Assembly (NCBI GenBank): GCA_030619905.1
Contig: JAUXAO010000002.1
Span: 65,193-129,192 of the forward strand
DNA: 64,000 nt
Direction of reading: 5' to 3'
From: a bacterium
Lineage (GTDB): Bacteria; Patescibacteriota; Minisyncoccia; Minisyncoccales; CG1-02-41-26
Positions 17,634 to 27,698 of this stretch are shown here, in pieces. Under the pieces are notes generated by a model. It saw nothing but the letters and a program-made list of their open reading frames with translations, was not told the DNA's origin and searched no databases. The first letter of the stretch is position 1. The number at the start of each line of letters is the position of its first letter. The position numbers and the translations under genes are program-made.

Positions 17634-19025
17634 ATGCTTAAATTTTACAATACTCTTTCCCGAAAAAAGGAAGTTTTCAAACCTTTAAAGAATAAAAAAG
17701 TGGGACTCTATACATGCGGCCCAACTGTTTATTGGTTTGCCCATGTTGGCAATTTAAGAACATATATTTTTGAAGATATTTTAAAAAGAGTTTTAGAATA
17801 CAACAAATATAAAGTTAAGCATGTAATGAATATTACTGATGTGGGCCATTTAACTTCTGACGCTGATACTGGCGAGGATAAACTGGAAAAAGGAGCAAAA
17901 AGAGAAAACAAGACTGTCTGGCAGATTGCTGATTTCTACACCAAACATTTTAAAAAGGATTTGAAGAATTTAAATATAAAAGAACCAAGTGTCTGGATAA
18001 AAGCAACAGATACAATAAAAGAACAAATAGATTTAATTAAAATCCTGGAGAAAAAAGGATTTACTTACAAGATCAAGGACGGTGTTTATTTTGACAGTTC
18101 AAAACTCAAAAATTACGGACAGCTCTGGGGAAGTAAAAAAAGAGAAATAAAAGCCGGGGCAAGAGTTAAAATGGTAAAAGGAAAGAAACATCCCACTGAT
18201 TTTGCCTTGTGGAAATTCAGTCCCCAAGAAGTCAAAAGACAAATGGAATGGGATTCTCCTTTTGGAAAAGGATTTCCAGGCTGGCACACCGAATGTGTGG
18301 TAATGGGAGCAAAAGAGTTAGGAATCCCATTTGATATTCATTGCGGAGGCATAGATCATATTCAAATCCACCATACCAATGAAATTGCTCAATCTGAAGC
18401 AGGTTTTAATAAAACATTGGCTCGTTTCTGGCTTCATGGTGAGTTTTTAATCCTAAAAAAAGGAAGAATGGGCAAATCCAAAGGTAATATAGTTATTCTA
18501 GACGATTTAATTAAAAAAGGATTTAATCCCCTTTCCTATCGTTATTTGTGCCTCACAGCCCATTATCGTTCTCAATTAACCTTTTCCCTGGAAAACCTAA
18601 AAGCGGCTCAGAACGGCTTAAAAAAGCTCTCTCAAAGGGTAATAGACCTTAAACAGCAGTCTTCTAAGGTTAAATCTCGAGATATTGGACAAAAAGCAAG
18701 AACCTATAAGAAGAGATTCTTAAATCTTGTAAATGATGACTTAAACATGCCAAAAGCCCTGGCTTTATTCTGGAAAATGCTTGATAATAAAAATCTATTG
18801 GAAAAAGAAAAGTATTCTCTTGTTCTGGATTTTGACAAAGTTTTTGGTTTAAATCTGGATAAAAAGAAAGAAAAAATCCCAAAACAAATCCAGGAATTGG
18901 TTAAAAAAAGACAAGAATACCGAGAGAAAAAACAATGGCAGAGAGCTGATGAAATTAGAAAGAAAGTTGAAAAAATGGGTTATAAGATAAAAGACACCAA
19001 AAAAGGGGCAAAGGTAAGTAAATAA
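17634..19025 (+). CDS. cysS: cysteine--tRNA ligase
   Basis: Class I signature CGPTVY..HVGN, a KMSKS-like RMGKSKGN, and a typical CysRS length. Confidence 0.9.
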   Translation: MLKFYNTLSRKKEVFKPLKNKKVGLYTCGPTVYWFAHVGNLRTYIFEDILKRVLEYNKYKVKHVMNITDVGHLTSDADTGEDKLEKGAKRENKTVWQIADFYTKHFKKDLKNLNIKEPSVWIKATDTIKEQIDLIKILEKKGFTYKIKDGVYFDSSKLKNYGQLWGSKKREIKAGARVKMVKGKKHPTDFALWKFSPQEVKRQMEWDSPFGKGFPGWHTECVVMGAKELGIPFDIHCGGIDHIQIHHTNEIAQSEAGFNKTLARFWLHGEFLILKKGRMGKSKGNIVILDDLIKKGFNPLSYRYLCLTAHYRSQLTFSLENLKAAQNGLKKLSQRVIDLKQQSSKVKSRDIGQKARTYKKRFLNLVNDDLNMPKALALFWKMLDNKNLLEKEKYSLVLDFDKVFGLNLDKKKEKIPKQIQELVKKRQEYREKKQWQRADEIRKKVEKMGYKIKDTKKGAKVSK

Positions 19026-19068
19026 TTTGACATTGAGACGCAAAAGATTTAAAATAATATCGTAAATT

Positions 19069-20433
19069 ATGGCAGAACTAAATCCAAAAATATCAAAGGA
19101 GAAACTGCCGCCTCAGAATATAGAGGCAGAAAAATCTCTTTTAGGATGCTTGATGATCGATCCCGAATCTATTTTAAAGGTGGTCGATTTTTTAATGCCC
19201 AAGGATTTTTACAAAGATATTCATAAAAAAATCTATCAGACAATGGTTGAGATTTTTGAAAAAAGAGAACCCATTGACTCTTTAAGTGCTTCTTCGCGAT
19301 TAAAAGAGAAAAAGGAGCTGGAACAAATAGGCGGAGTGGCTTATCTGACCAGTTTGGTGAATTTCGTACCTACTGCTTCTCATGTTTTAAATTATGCCAA
19401 AATAGTCCAGCAAAAAAGAATCTTAAGAGACTTAATCGGAGCAAGTTATGAAATTGGAATGATGGGATATCAAGAAGCAGAAGACGTTGATGTCTTACTA
19501 GACGATGCTGAGAGGAGAATTTTCAGCATTGCCCAGAAATCCTTGACTCAGCGTTTTATCCCGGTCAAAGAAACATTGGAAGAAACCTTTAAAAGAATTG
19601 ATGAACTTTCAAAACATAAAGGAAGTTTACGGGGAATTCCTACTGGTTTCCGAAGCTTAGACAATATTTTAGCCGGTCTTCAAAAATCAGATTTAATTAT
19701 CTTGGCTGGAAGGCCTAGTTTAGGAAAATCTGCTATGGCTTTGGACATTGCTCGGCATGTCGCTTCTGATCATAAAATATCAGTTGGAATTTTTAGTTTA
19801 GAAATGTCTAAAGACCAGATTATTGATCGTTTAATTGCTGCTCAAGCTGATATTGATTTATGGCGGTTGAGAACAGGCCGGCTTTCTGATAAAGGAGAAG
19901 ATAATGATTTTGACAGGATACAAAAAGCAATGGCTACTTTATCCGAAGCCCCTATCTTTATTGATGACGCATCGAGTTCTAATGTTTTGCAAATGAGAGC
20001 TATGGCCAGAAGATTGCAAGCAGATCAGGGGTTAGGTCTTTTAATAATTGATTATCTACAATTAATGGAATCAAGGAATCCAAATGCCACTATGGTTCAG
20101 CAGGTTACTGAAAACTCAAGGGCCCTGAAAGGTTTGGCCAAAGAGCTTAATGTGCCTGTTTTAGTTCTCTCTCAATTATCAAGAGCAGTAGAAACAAGAA
20201 CTCCCCATATCCCAAGATTAGCTGATCTTCGTGAGTCAGGCGCGATAGAGCAGGATAGTGACGTAGTAATGTTTATTCATAGGGAGGACAGATATAAACC
20301 AAATACGGAAAGGAAAAATATTGCTGATATTATCATTGCCAAACACAGAAACGGGCCAGTTGGCAAAATAGAGCTTTATTTTGACGAACCAAGAGTAAGC
20401 TTTAGAGATATAGAAAAAGGATATCAGGATTAA
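19069..20433 (+). CDS. dnaB: replicative DNA helicase
   Basis: PQNIEAEKSLLGCLM N-terminus, Walker A GRPSLGKSA, and a RecA-like C-terminal domain. Confidence 0.9.
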   Translation: MAELNPKISKEKLPPQNIEAEKSLLGCLMIDPESILKVVDFLMPKDFYKDIHKKIYQTMVEIFEKREPIDSLSASSRLKEKKELEQIGGVAYLTSLVNFVPTASHVLNYAKIVQQKRILRDLIGASYEIGMMGYQEAEDVDVLLDDAERRIFSIAQKSLTQRFIPVKETLEETFKRIDELSKHKGSLRGIPTGFRSLDNILAGLQKSDLIILAGRPSLGKSAMALDIARHVASDHKISVGIFSLEMSKDQIIDRLIAAQADIDLWRLRTGRLSDKGEDNDFDRIQKAMATLSEAPIFIDDASSSNVLQMRAMARRLQADQGLGLLIIDYLQLMESRNPNATMVQQVTENSRALKGLAKELNVPVLVLSQLSRAVETRTPHIPRLADLRESGAIEQDSDVVMFIHREDRYKPNTERKNIADIIIAKHRNGPVGKIELYFDEPRVSFRDIEKGYQD

Positions 20434-20435
20434 TT

Positions 20436-21041
20436 ATGTATTCTAAAACTATTCAAAAACTTATTGATTTGTTTTCAAAGTTTCCAACTGTTGGACCCAG
20501 AACCGCTGCCCGGTTCGTTTTTTATTTGATAAAAACTCCAAAACAAGAGATTGAAAATTTAATAGAATCAGTCCAAGAATTAAAAGAGAAGATAAAACTT
20601 TGTTCGCTTTGTTTCCGTTCTTTTGAAGGCGAAAAAGAACTCTGTCCGATTTGTTCTGATTCTAAAAGAGATAAAGATATTATTTGCATTGTTGAAAAAG
20701 AAGTTGATTTAGAATCAATTGAAAAAACAAAGAAATACAATGGACTTTATTTTGTTTTAGGAGGAATTATTTCTGGTTTTAATAAAGATAAAAAGAAACA
20801 AGAGATTAAACAAAGAGTTGAGAAATTAATTGAGCGAATTAAACAAGAAAAGGAAATCAAGGAAATAATTTTGGCTTTAAATCCAACTGCCCAAGGAAAA
20901 ACTACATCTTTATTAATCCAGAGAAAACTGAAAGATTTAGGAATAAAAACCACCCATCTTGGCTGTGGTTTGCCAATGGGTGGAGAATTGGAATATGCTG
21001 ACGAAGAAACTCTTTCCTCGGCTTTAGAAGGCAGGAAATAA
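20436..21041 (+). CDS. recR: recombination protein RecR
   Basis: HhH N-terminus (FPTVGPRTAARF), a C4 zinc finger (CSLC...CPIC) and a Toprim domain. Confidence 0.9.
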   Translation: MYSKTIQKLIDLFSKFPTVGPRTAARFVFYLIKTPKQEIENLIESVQELKEKIKLCSLCFRSFEGEKELCPICSDSKRDKDIICIVEKEVDLESIEKTKKYNGLYFVLGGIISGFNKDKKKQEIKQRVEKLIERIKQEKEIKEIILALNPTAQGKTTSLLIQRKLKDLGIKTTHLGCGLPMGGELEYADEETLSSALEGRK

Positions 21042-21042
21042 T

Positions 21043-21351
21043 TTAACCTATCTTGATAATCTCTACTTCTGTAAAGGGCTGACGATGGCCCTTTTTTACT
21101 TTAGAACGCGTTTTTGGTTTGTATTTAAAAACAATTATTTTCTTTCCTTTCCCCTGCTTTAATATTTTCCCTACTACTTTTGCTCCTTTTACTTTTGGAT
21201 TTCCTATTTCTAATTTACTTCTTTTTTCCAATAACAAAACATCAGTGAAAGTTATTTTTTCCCCATCTTTTTTATCTAGTTTTTCAATTTTTATTTTATC
21301 ACCTGGAGAAACAAGATATTGTTTTCCTCCGGTTCTTATTACTGCAAACAT
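21043..21351 (-). CDS. rplU: 50S ribosomal protein L21
   Basis: MFAVIRTGGKQYLVSPGD... is a classic L21 N-terminus. Confidence 0.9.
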   Translation of the reverse strand: MFAVIRTGGKQYLVSPGDKIKIEKLDKKDGEKITFTDVLLLEKRSKLEIGNPKVKGAKVVGKILKQGKGKKIIVFKYKPKTRSKVKKGHRQPFTEVEIIKIG

Positions 21352-21356
21352 ATATA

Positions 21357-22292
21357 TTATTTTAATTTCTTTTTTTGATTTGGTTCTTCCAATTCCTCCA
21401 GTCTCTCAATCTTTCCCACTAATCTTCCAAATCTGTTCTGGGCCCTTTCTGAAGATGTTTTAGCATGATCAATATGGGAAGTCAATATTGAAAGCTCTCC
21501 TTCAAATTTTAATGCCTCCTGCTCGACTGCTTTCATTCCATTCAAAATCTTTCTTGCTCCTTTTTCAATTCTTGCTCCCTGAAGTCCAATCATAATGATT
21601 TTTAAAAAATAATAAAAAGAATTTGGTGAAATGAAATAGATTTTCTTTTGATAACCGTAATCCAGAATTTCAGGCTGATTTAGGCTAATTTCATAATAGA
21701 TTGGTTCAGAAGGTACATACATTAAGGCAAAGTCAACTGTTCCTTCACTTGGTAAAATGTACTTCTTGGCAATATCATCAATATGCTTTTTTATATCCCG
21801 GACAAAATTCTTTTTAGCCATTTCTTTTGTTTCAGAATCGTTTTTCATCATTATTCTGAAGTTTTCCATTGGAAACTTAGAATCAATTGGAATAATTCCC
21901 TGATTTGTTTTAACAATGGCATCAACAATCTGTCCTTCTTGAAATTGATATTGCAGAGAGAAATTTTCTTTAGGCAACATTTGTTCTAACAAATCTCTTA
22001 AAATCTGCTCTCCGATATTCCCTCTTAATTTTGGCGAGCGGAGGAATTCTTGAAATTCTTTCACTCCCCGGCCCACTTCTTGAACCTTGCCAAGCTCATG
22101 AGCCATTTGGGAATAACCATTTTCAAACTTTTTCCTCAGATTTTCAATATCTTGCTTAATCATTCCCAATGGCATTTCCTCTTTTTGAGATTTCCTTAAT
22201 CTTCCAGTTTCCCTTTTAATATAAAAAACAGAGATAATAATACCTGCTGCAGCAATGAAAAAAACAATTAAGATAAAAACAAAATCAGACAT
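21357..22292 (-). CDS. rmuC: DNA recombination protein RmuC
   Basis: N-terminal TM plus coiled coil, followed by an RmuC nuclease-like core (IPIDSKFP..ALMYVPSE). Confidence 0.8.
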   Translation of the reverse strand: MSDFVFILIVFFIAAAGIIISVFYIKRETGRLRKSQKEEMPLGMIKQDIENLRKKFENGYSQMAHELGKVQEVGRGVKEFQEFLRSPKLRGNIGEQILRDLLEQMLPKENFSLQYQFQEGQIVDAIVKTNQGIIPIDSKFPMENFRIMMKNDSETKEMAKKNFVRDIKKHIDDIAKKYILPSEGTVDFALMYVPSEPIYYEISLNQPEILDYGYQKKIYFISPNSFYYFLKIIMIGLQGARIEKGARKILNGMKAVEQEALKFEGELSILTSHIDHAKTSSERAQNRFGRLVGKIERLEELEEPNQKKKLK

Positions 22293-22313
22293 GTGTTTAT
22301 ATTAATAGATTTT

Positions 22314-23270
22314 TTACCTTATTACAAGTTGAAAAACCACAAAAAGAATATAGATTCCCAATAAAATAATGGCTTCTTTCCTGGTAATCTTCCTGCCTGT
22401 TCTGGAAAAAACACCGAATAATAAACAAGCAGCTATAGTAAATGAAATACCAACAATATATGGAGAAAATTTAACAATCTCTAATGGATGAATTAAAACT
22501 GTCGAGCCTAAAACTAAAGTAGAATTAGTTACTACTGATCCCATTAAAACTCCTAAGACCATATCTTTGCGTCCCATGGCTATTGCTTTTATGCCAAAGA
22601 CAATTTCTGGCAAATTGGTTCCTAAGGCCACAATTAATATTCCAATAACTGCCAAAGAAAGACCAAGAGAGGTTGCCAGAAAAGAAACGCTCCAGACTAT
22701 TCCTTCGGCACTGAGCAGCAGCAAAATTATTCCTCCAAAGAATATTCCTAAATCTTTTAAGAATAGCCTTAATTCAATCCAGTCTCTTTTAAATCCATTA
22801 GTAAAAACTTTACTAAATCTTTTTTGTTCATGGAAAAGATATTTAAAATAGAAAATCAAAATGAAAACCAGGAATAATCCATCTATTCTTGAAATCTCCC
22901 CGTCTAACATTAAAAGAATTGGAAAAAAAGCAATAATAGCGGTGTAGATTGAACTTCGCTGGATTAAAGCTGTTTCACATTTTAATCCTTTAGCCAGCAA
23001 AACCACAATTGCCACTACCAGAGTCAAATTAATAATATTTGAACCAATAATATTACCAAAAGAAAGCTCGGGCTTATAATGAAAAGCCGAGCTGATTCCT
23101 ACAAAGAATTCAGGTAGAGAAGTAACAAAAGCCATTAAGACAAAAGAGACAATAAATTCCTTCCATCCTAAAGATTTAGCAACCCGGGTTAAAGAACTTA
23201 CTACCCAGGTCCCCGACCTTACTAATAAAAGACAGGAAGCAATAAAGATTAAAACATAAAAATAAAACAT
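22314..23270 (-). CDS. Ca2+/Na+ antiporter (CaCA family)
   Basis: Two alpha-repeat motifs, GNIIGSNIINL and GSVVTNSTLVLG. Confidence 0.8.
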   Translation of the reverse strand: MFYFYVLIFIASCLLLVRSGTWVVSSLTRVAKSLGWKEFIVSFVLMAFVTSLPEFFVGISSAFHYKPELSFGNIIGSNIINLTLVVAIVVLLAKGLKCETALIQRSSIYTAIIAFFPILLMLDGEISRIDGLFLVFILIFYFKYLFHEQKRFSKVFTNGFKRDWIELRLFLKDLGIFFGGIILLLLSAEGIVWSVSFLATSLGLSLAVIGILIVALGTNLPEIVFGIKAIAMGRKDMVLGVLMGSVVTNSTLVLGSTVLIHPLEIVKFSPYIVGISFTIAACLLFGVFSRTGRKITRKEAIILLGIYILFVVFQLVIR

Positions 23271-23282
23271 AGATATTAAAGC

Positions 23283-25892
23283 TTAGATATTGGTTTCATG
23301 TCTGACAATAAAATAGTGTTTAGCTGCTTCAATTAATCCCAGTTCGCTTAATCCTAGTCCGAATAAAATTACCCAATCGTAAAATCCTAAAGCAACTGTT
23401 TTAAGCAATGTGTTTAAAATAGGTAAATATAATGTAGCAACAAGAGCAATAATTGACACTACCCAGGCTATTACTAAAAGTTTATTAGAAAAGATATTTA
23501 TATGCCAGATATTTCTTCGCAAACTTCTACAGGAAAAAACATAGAAAAGGGAATCTATACTCAGGGCGGCAAAGATCATTGTTCTGACATAAGTAATATC
23601 ATGGTTTTTATTCCAAAGCCAGAAAAACAATCCCAGAAGCATTAAATCAGTAATCAAGCCAATAATGAAAATGATTACTTTCATTTCCCGGGTTAATAAC
23701 GGAGCCTTATGCCCATAAGGTTTTTGATTCATCAAACCTTTTTCTTTGGGTTCAAAAGCCAAAGCAATGCTTGGAAAACCATCTTCAATCAGATTAACCC
23801 ATAAAATTTGAACAGCAGTAATAGGCAGAGGAAAGCCAGCCATAATGCTTACTCCAACCAAAATAATTTCAGTAAAGCTGTCAGACAATAAATAGGTAAT
23901 TACTTTCCTGATATTATTAAGAATAGACCTTCCCTCTTCAACAGCTGCTACAATTACTGAGAAGTTGTCATTAAGCAGAACAAGGTCTGATACTTCTTTG
24001 GCCACATCAGTTCCCGAACCAAAAGCTATTCCAACATCAGCCTTTTTCAGAGCCGGAGCATCATTAATACCATCACCAGTCATAGCCACAACCTCTTCTT
24101 TATGCTGCCAGCCATGAATAATCCGTAATTTATGCCGAGGTTCAACTCGAGCATAAACATAGATTTTGTTTATTCTTCTTTGGAATTCTCTATATGACAG
24201 CTTATCCAAATCCTTTCCTTGTATGATATTTTCCTCTTTTACCCCTAAACCTAGCTCTTTAGCAACTGCCAAGGCAGTAAGCATATGATCTCCAGTAACA
24301 ATAATCGGCTTCATCCCTGCTTTTATGCAGATTCCGATTGCTTTTTTTGTATCTTTTCTCAGAGGGTCTTTTAAACCAATAAAACCAACAAAGGTTAAAT
24401 TCAATATATCTTTCTTCTTAAGTTTTGTTTGTTTGGTTTTTCTATAAGCAACTGCAATTACTCTTAATCCATTGCCTGTTAATTCTTCTAATTCTTGCTT
24501 CAATCTTAAAGATGTTGTTTTGTTAATTATTTTTTCTTTATTCTTTTCTAGAATCTTTGAACTTAGATTAATGATTTTTTCTGGAGCTCCGGAAACAAAC
24601 AAAAGATTTTCTTTTTTATCCTGACGAAGAGTAGCAATAAATTTATTTTGAGAGTTAAAAGGAATTTCATCGATTTTAGGAAGTTTTTTCTCCAATTCCA
24701 ACTTATGCAAACCCATTTTTTCTCCAAATACAAGAAGGGCTTTATCAGTGGGCCTCCCTATTATTTTCCAAGACTTTTGAGGAGATTCAGGATTTTCAAT
24801 AAAGGCTTCGTTGCAAAGAACAGCGATTTTTGTACAAAAAGCTTTATTCTTGCTTTTTACCTGGCTGACTTCCATTTTTCCCTGAGTCAAAGTCAAGGTT
24901 TTATCCGTACAGATTATGGAAGTACTTCCCAATGTCTCAGCTGCAGATAATTTTCTGACCAGTCCTTTTTTCTTTAAAATTCTCTGCATTCCCAAAGCCA
25001 AGATAACAGTCATTGCCACGGGAAGTCCTTCAGGAATTGATGCTACGGCCACAGCTACTGCTGTGGTGAACATTTCAATAAATCCTGCCCCTTTTATTAA
25101 TCCTTCAAGAAAAATAAAGAAACAAATAAAGATAATAATAATTCCTACAATGCCTGAAAAATAGGATAGTTTCTTTTGATAAGGAGTTTTTTCTTCTCTT
25201 GTTTCTCTGATTAAAAGAGCCACTCTTCCGATTTCTGTATTAAGGCCAGTTCCGGTAATTATTGCTTTCGCTTTTCCTTGTTCAACAATTGTTCCCATGT
25301 AAACCATATTCTCACGATCAGCAATGGGAATTTCTTTTCGTAAGAAGCGAGAATGCTTTGCAGCTGTCAGCCACTCGCCAGTTAAAGCTGCTTCATTAAT
25401 CCTTAGATTTGAACTTTTAATAATCCTTCCATCAGCCGGCACTTTATCTCCAGCTTTTAAAATGATAATATCTCCAGGAACTAAATCTTTTTGGAAAACT
25501 TCTTTTTCTCTTCCGTCTCTGAAACAAATTGCTTTTACTTTTAAAACCTTCTTTAACTCTCTCAAAGCATTTGACGCTTTATTCTCCTGTATATATCCAA
25601 CAACAGTGCTCAGTATGACAGCAAAAAAAATGACCACCATATCGGTCCATTCTTTTAAAATTAATGTTATTATTCCAGAAATTATTAAGATGTAAATCAA
25701 AATACTTCTAAATTGCTCTAGGAATATCTTAATTTGAGATAATGGTTTTTTCTCAGGCAAACTATTGGGCCCAAATTTTCTCTTGCGAAGTATTACCTCC
25801 TTTTCAGAAAGACCCTTTTCTATATTTGTCTCTAAAACCTCAGCTGTTTTTTCAGCTGATAGATTATGCCAATTATAATTTTCAGATTCCAT
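23283..25892 (-). CDS. P2-type (Ca2+-type) cation-transporting P-type ATPase with atypical catalytic motifs
   Basis: Shows the Cation_ATPase_N-like N-terminus, PEGLP in TM4, TGDGINDAPALKKADVG, VTGDH and KDPLR. However, the phosphorylation motif reads DKTLT (not DKTGT) and the A-domain motif reads TGEW (not TGES). Confidence 0.85.
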   Translation of the reverse strand: MESENYNWHNLSAEKTAEVLETNIEKGLSEKEVILRKRKFGPNSLPEKKPLSQIKIFLEQFRSILIYILIISGIITLILKEWTDMVVIFFAVILSTVVGYIQENKASNALRELKKVLKVKAICFRDGREKEVFQKDLVPGDIIILKAGDKVPADGRIIKSSNLRINEAALTGEWLTAAKHSRFLRKEIPIADRENMVYMGTIVEQGKAKAIITGTGLNTEIGRVALLIRETREEKTPYQKKLSYFSGIVGIIIIFICFFIFLEGLIKGAGFIEMFTTAVAVAVASIPEGLPVAMTVILALGMQRILKKKGLVRKLSAAETLGSTSIICTDKTLTLTQGKMEVSQVKSKNKAFCTKIAVLCNEAFIENPESPQKSWKIIGRPTDKALLVFGEKMGLHKLELEKKLPKIDEIPFNSQNKFIATLRQDKKENLLFVSGAPEKIINLSSKILEKNKEKIINKTTSLRLKQELEELTGNGLRVIAVAYRKTKQTKLKKKDILNLTFVGFIGLKDPLRKDTKKAIGICIKAGMKPIIVTGDHMLTALAVAKELGLGVKEENIIQGKDLDKLSYREFQRRINKIYVYARVEPRHKLRIIHGWQHKEEVVAMTGDGINDAPALKKADVGIAFGSGTDVAKEVSDLVLLNDNFSVIVAAVEEGRSILNNIRKVITYLLSDSFTEIILVGVSIMAGFPLPITAVQILWVNLIEDGFPSIALAFEPKEKGLMNQKPYGHKAPLLTREMKVIIFIIGLITDLMLLGLFFWLWNKNHDITYVRTMIFAALSIDSLFYVFSCRSLRRNIWHINIFSNKLLVIAWVVSIIALVATLYLPILNTLLKTVALGFYDWVILFGLGLSELGLIEAAKHYFIVRHETNI

Positions 25893-25981
25893 ATTATTCT
25901 ATTTTAAACAAAAAAGAGCTTTTTACAAAGCCCTAAGAATAAATTCTTTATAATCTCAATTTTAGTAGTAAATTCTTTTTT

Positions 25982-26024
25982 AAAAAAACAGGGTCCCAAG
26001 GAAAACAAATTCCATAAGGGACCC
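25982..26024 (-). terminator. intrinsic terminator after the 26060 gene
   Basis: Minus strand reads GGGTCCC-(20 nt)-GGGACCC followed by TGTTTTTTT. Confidence 0.5.
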
Positions 26025-26059
26025 AGATATAAATGTTGAACTTAACTACTCTTTCCCAA

Positions 26060-26323
26060 CTAGTCTTTTCCAAACCATGTGGACCATGAAGCACGAGCAA
26101 GAATAAATGAACTGCATAAAAAACAAATTACTATCATGCTGAAAATCCATCCATTGGGATATAGAGCTGCCTCAATACCACAGGCAATTGCTGCCATCAT
26201 GCCGAGTTCACCGGTAAAGAATCTAAAAATTTTCGTCTCTCCAAGTTTAGTAGAACACAGATAAAGAAACATAAAGAATGCCACAGTTAGCAATGGAGTC
26301 ACAATTCTTATAGATCCTAACAT
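26060..26323 (-). CDS. hypothetical small membrane protein
   Basis: ORF track; three hydrophobic segments. GGTAGAAT -10 box at 26386-26393. Confidence 0.45.
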   Translation of the reverse strand: MLGSIRIVTPLLTVAFFMFLYLCSTKLGETKIFRFFTGELGMMAAIACGIEAALYPNGWIFSMIVICFLCSSFILARASWSTWFGKD

Positions 26324-26418
26324 TGTTCTGTTCTCCTTTCAGATTATTAAACAACTAAGACTCAACTTAATTATTTTATCCTGTTATTCTACCTTTTTTA
26401 CATCATCCAGAGCTTTTT

Positions 26419-26814
26419 TCATAAGTTTTCTTCTTTTTTCGATAAAACACTTTTTTTCTTGCCGTCAAGAATGTTGTTTGCCCTATCAAACATTGGCTCT
26501 GGTGTGCCCCGATTCTTCGTGTAAACATGATCCCACAGGATAAAGTGACCCTGAGAAATTTTTTCAATGTAGGTTTCGCACTGGCGTCCTTGAGCATAAT
26601 CCATTTCCACCACTATATATCCGCTATCTCTGTGGTCATATGACAAGTTGATGAAACTATTGGCTACCTTGTCAGTCATCTCTTGGTTATCACCGGGACT
26701 AGCGGGGCGTGCGAGTTCAAATGAAGCCTTAACAATGGCACGTAGTACTTCTTGTTCGGTCTCGTCCTTTCCTACATAAACATGAGTGATTCCTTCAAAC
26801 TCTTCATATCGCAT
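26419..26814 (-). CDS. hypothetical protein (131 aa)
   Basis: ORF track. AAGGAGG lies 7 nt before the ATG, and the gene has its own promoter. Hand-counted lines are 38-50% GC. Confidence 0.5.
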   Translation of the reverse strand: MRYEEFEGITHVYVGKDETEQEVLRAIVKASFELARPASPGDNQEMTDKVANSFINLSYDHRDSGYIVVEMDYAQGRQCETYIEKISQGHFILWDHVYTKNRGTPEPMFDRANNILDGKKKSVLSKKEENL

Positions 26815-26885
26815 AATAACTTCCTCCTTTCTTTTAATGTACTATTTTAAACTATTAAAAATAGTTTTATTCAAATTTCAACAAT

Positions 26886-26914
26886 ATTCTAGCGTATTAT
26901 GCCATAGAAGTCAA
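26886..26914 (-). promoter_or_regulatory. sigma-70-type promoter for the 26814 gene
   Basis: Minus strand reads TTGACT (26914-26909), a 17-nt spacer, then TAGAAT (26891-26886). Confidence 0.55.
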
Positions 26915-27011
26915 TGGTTGTCTAGCTTTTTAAAGTTTAAAAAGAAATCCCAATAAATTTTTATAAAGATTAAAATGAAAAAATTTTGTGATTTGACAGC
27001 AAATTTTTTGA

Positions 27012-27049
27012 TTAAAAATGACAAGGGCTTAACATAAACGTTAAGCCCT
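27012..27049 (-). terminator. intrinsic terminator after the 27070 gene
   Basis: Minus strand reads AGGGCTTAAC-GTTTAT-GTTAAGCCCT followed by TGTCATTTTT. Confidence 0.6.
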
Positions 27050-27069
27050 ATAAACAGAGGTGATTCCAA

Positions 27070-27381
27070 TTAGGCGAGCAGGGTTTCCGCTCGTTCTCGG
27101 ATACTTGTCTTTATCTTTGCAATTTTCCCCTTAAGGAATCTTGCAGCAAAGGGCAGATTAGCGGAAAATTCCACCTGTGATGAACATACAATAAGCCTTC
27201 CGGAGACTGAAAAACCCATTACTGTGAAAGAGAATATGTTAGTATTTTCGTTCCACTCTTCTCGAAGATTGCCGATCTTGTCGGCAAACTTATTCTCCAC
27301 TTCTCCGAGAAGTCCCTTGATACGTCTCAGCGCTTCATCTTGGGGAAGACAGTGGTAAATAACCATATTAAGCTTCGGCAT
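27070..27381 (-). CDS. hypothetical protein, possibly of the putative polyhydroxyalkanoic-acid-system protein family
   Basis: ATG 27381 lies 6 nt after AAGGAGG; the track start is 27417. The overall pattern (short N-terminal strand, helix, ..W..NT..FS....G..VSG.I......V.....LPF....FKGKI...I......LLA) recalls that family. This is from memory only. Confidence 0.35.
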   Translation of the reverse strand: MPKLNMVIYHCLPQDEALRRIKGLLGEVENKFADKIGNLREEWNENTNIFSFTVMGFSVSGRLIVCSSQVEFSANLPFAARFLKGKIAKIKTSIRERAETLLA

Positions 27382-27606
27382 CCTGTGCCTCCTTTCGTTT
27401 TGGAATGTTCTATTCACTACGAAATATCGTAGTAAGGATTATTAACCTATTGACCTTAACTAAAAAATTCTAACAAACTCCGCAAGAAAAATCAATAGTT
27501 CCAAGTAGTCCAATAAAAAAAACAGAAATTCCATTGGAACTTCTGTTCCAATATATAAAAATTTTTCTTTTCCCGAAATTAAAATGCAGCTCAAATTTAG
27601 TCACCC

Positions 27607-27660
27607 CCAAAAAACTTGACTCTTGAAGAGTCGTGGACTCCGTGAGATTTAGTTGGAACC
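27607..27660 (-). repeat. diverged copy J of the 3' element with terminator
   Basis: Minus strand reads GGTTCCAACTAAATCTCACGGAGTCCAC-GACTCTT-CA-AGAGTC-AAGTTTTTTGG, 39 nt after stop 27699. Confidence 0.4.
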
Positions 27661-27698
27661 AAATTATACAAGAATTGCTGGTTTGGCAAGAGTTGAAA

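Noticed and set aside
12018-25936. Many antisense or alternative-frame track ORFs lie inside long genes. Examples are 12018..12290, 14066..14332, 16091..16366, 18099..18287, 22567..22851, 24648..24950, 24916..25164, 25324..25695 and 25742..25936. Similar ones occur later (36691..36957, 36739..37086, 40972..41202, 48110..48382, 49504..49800, 50426..50737, 57392..57826, 61873..62136, 62962..63246).
   Set aside because: Each is fully embedded in a longer ORF with clear family motifs on the other strand or frame. They have Phe/Ser/Leu/Ile-rich translations typical of AT-rich shadow frames and no ribosome-binding sites.
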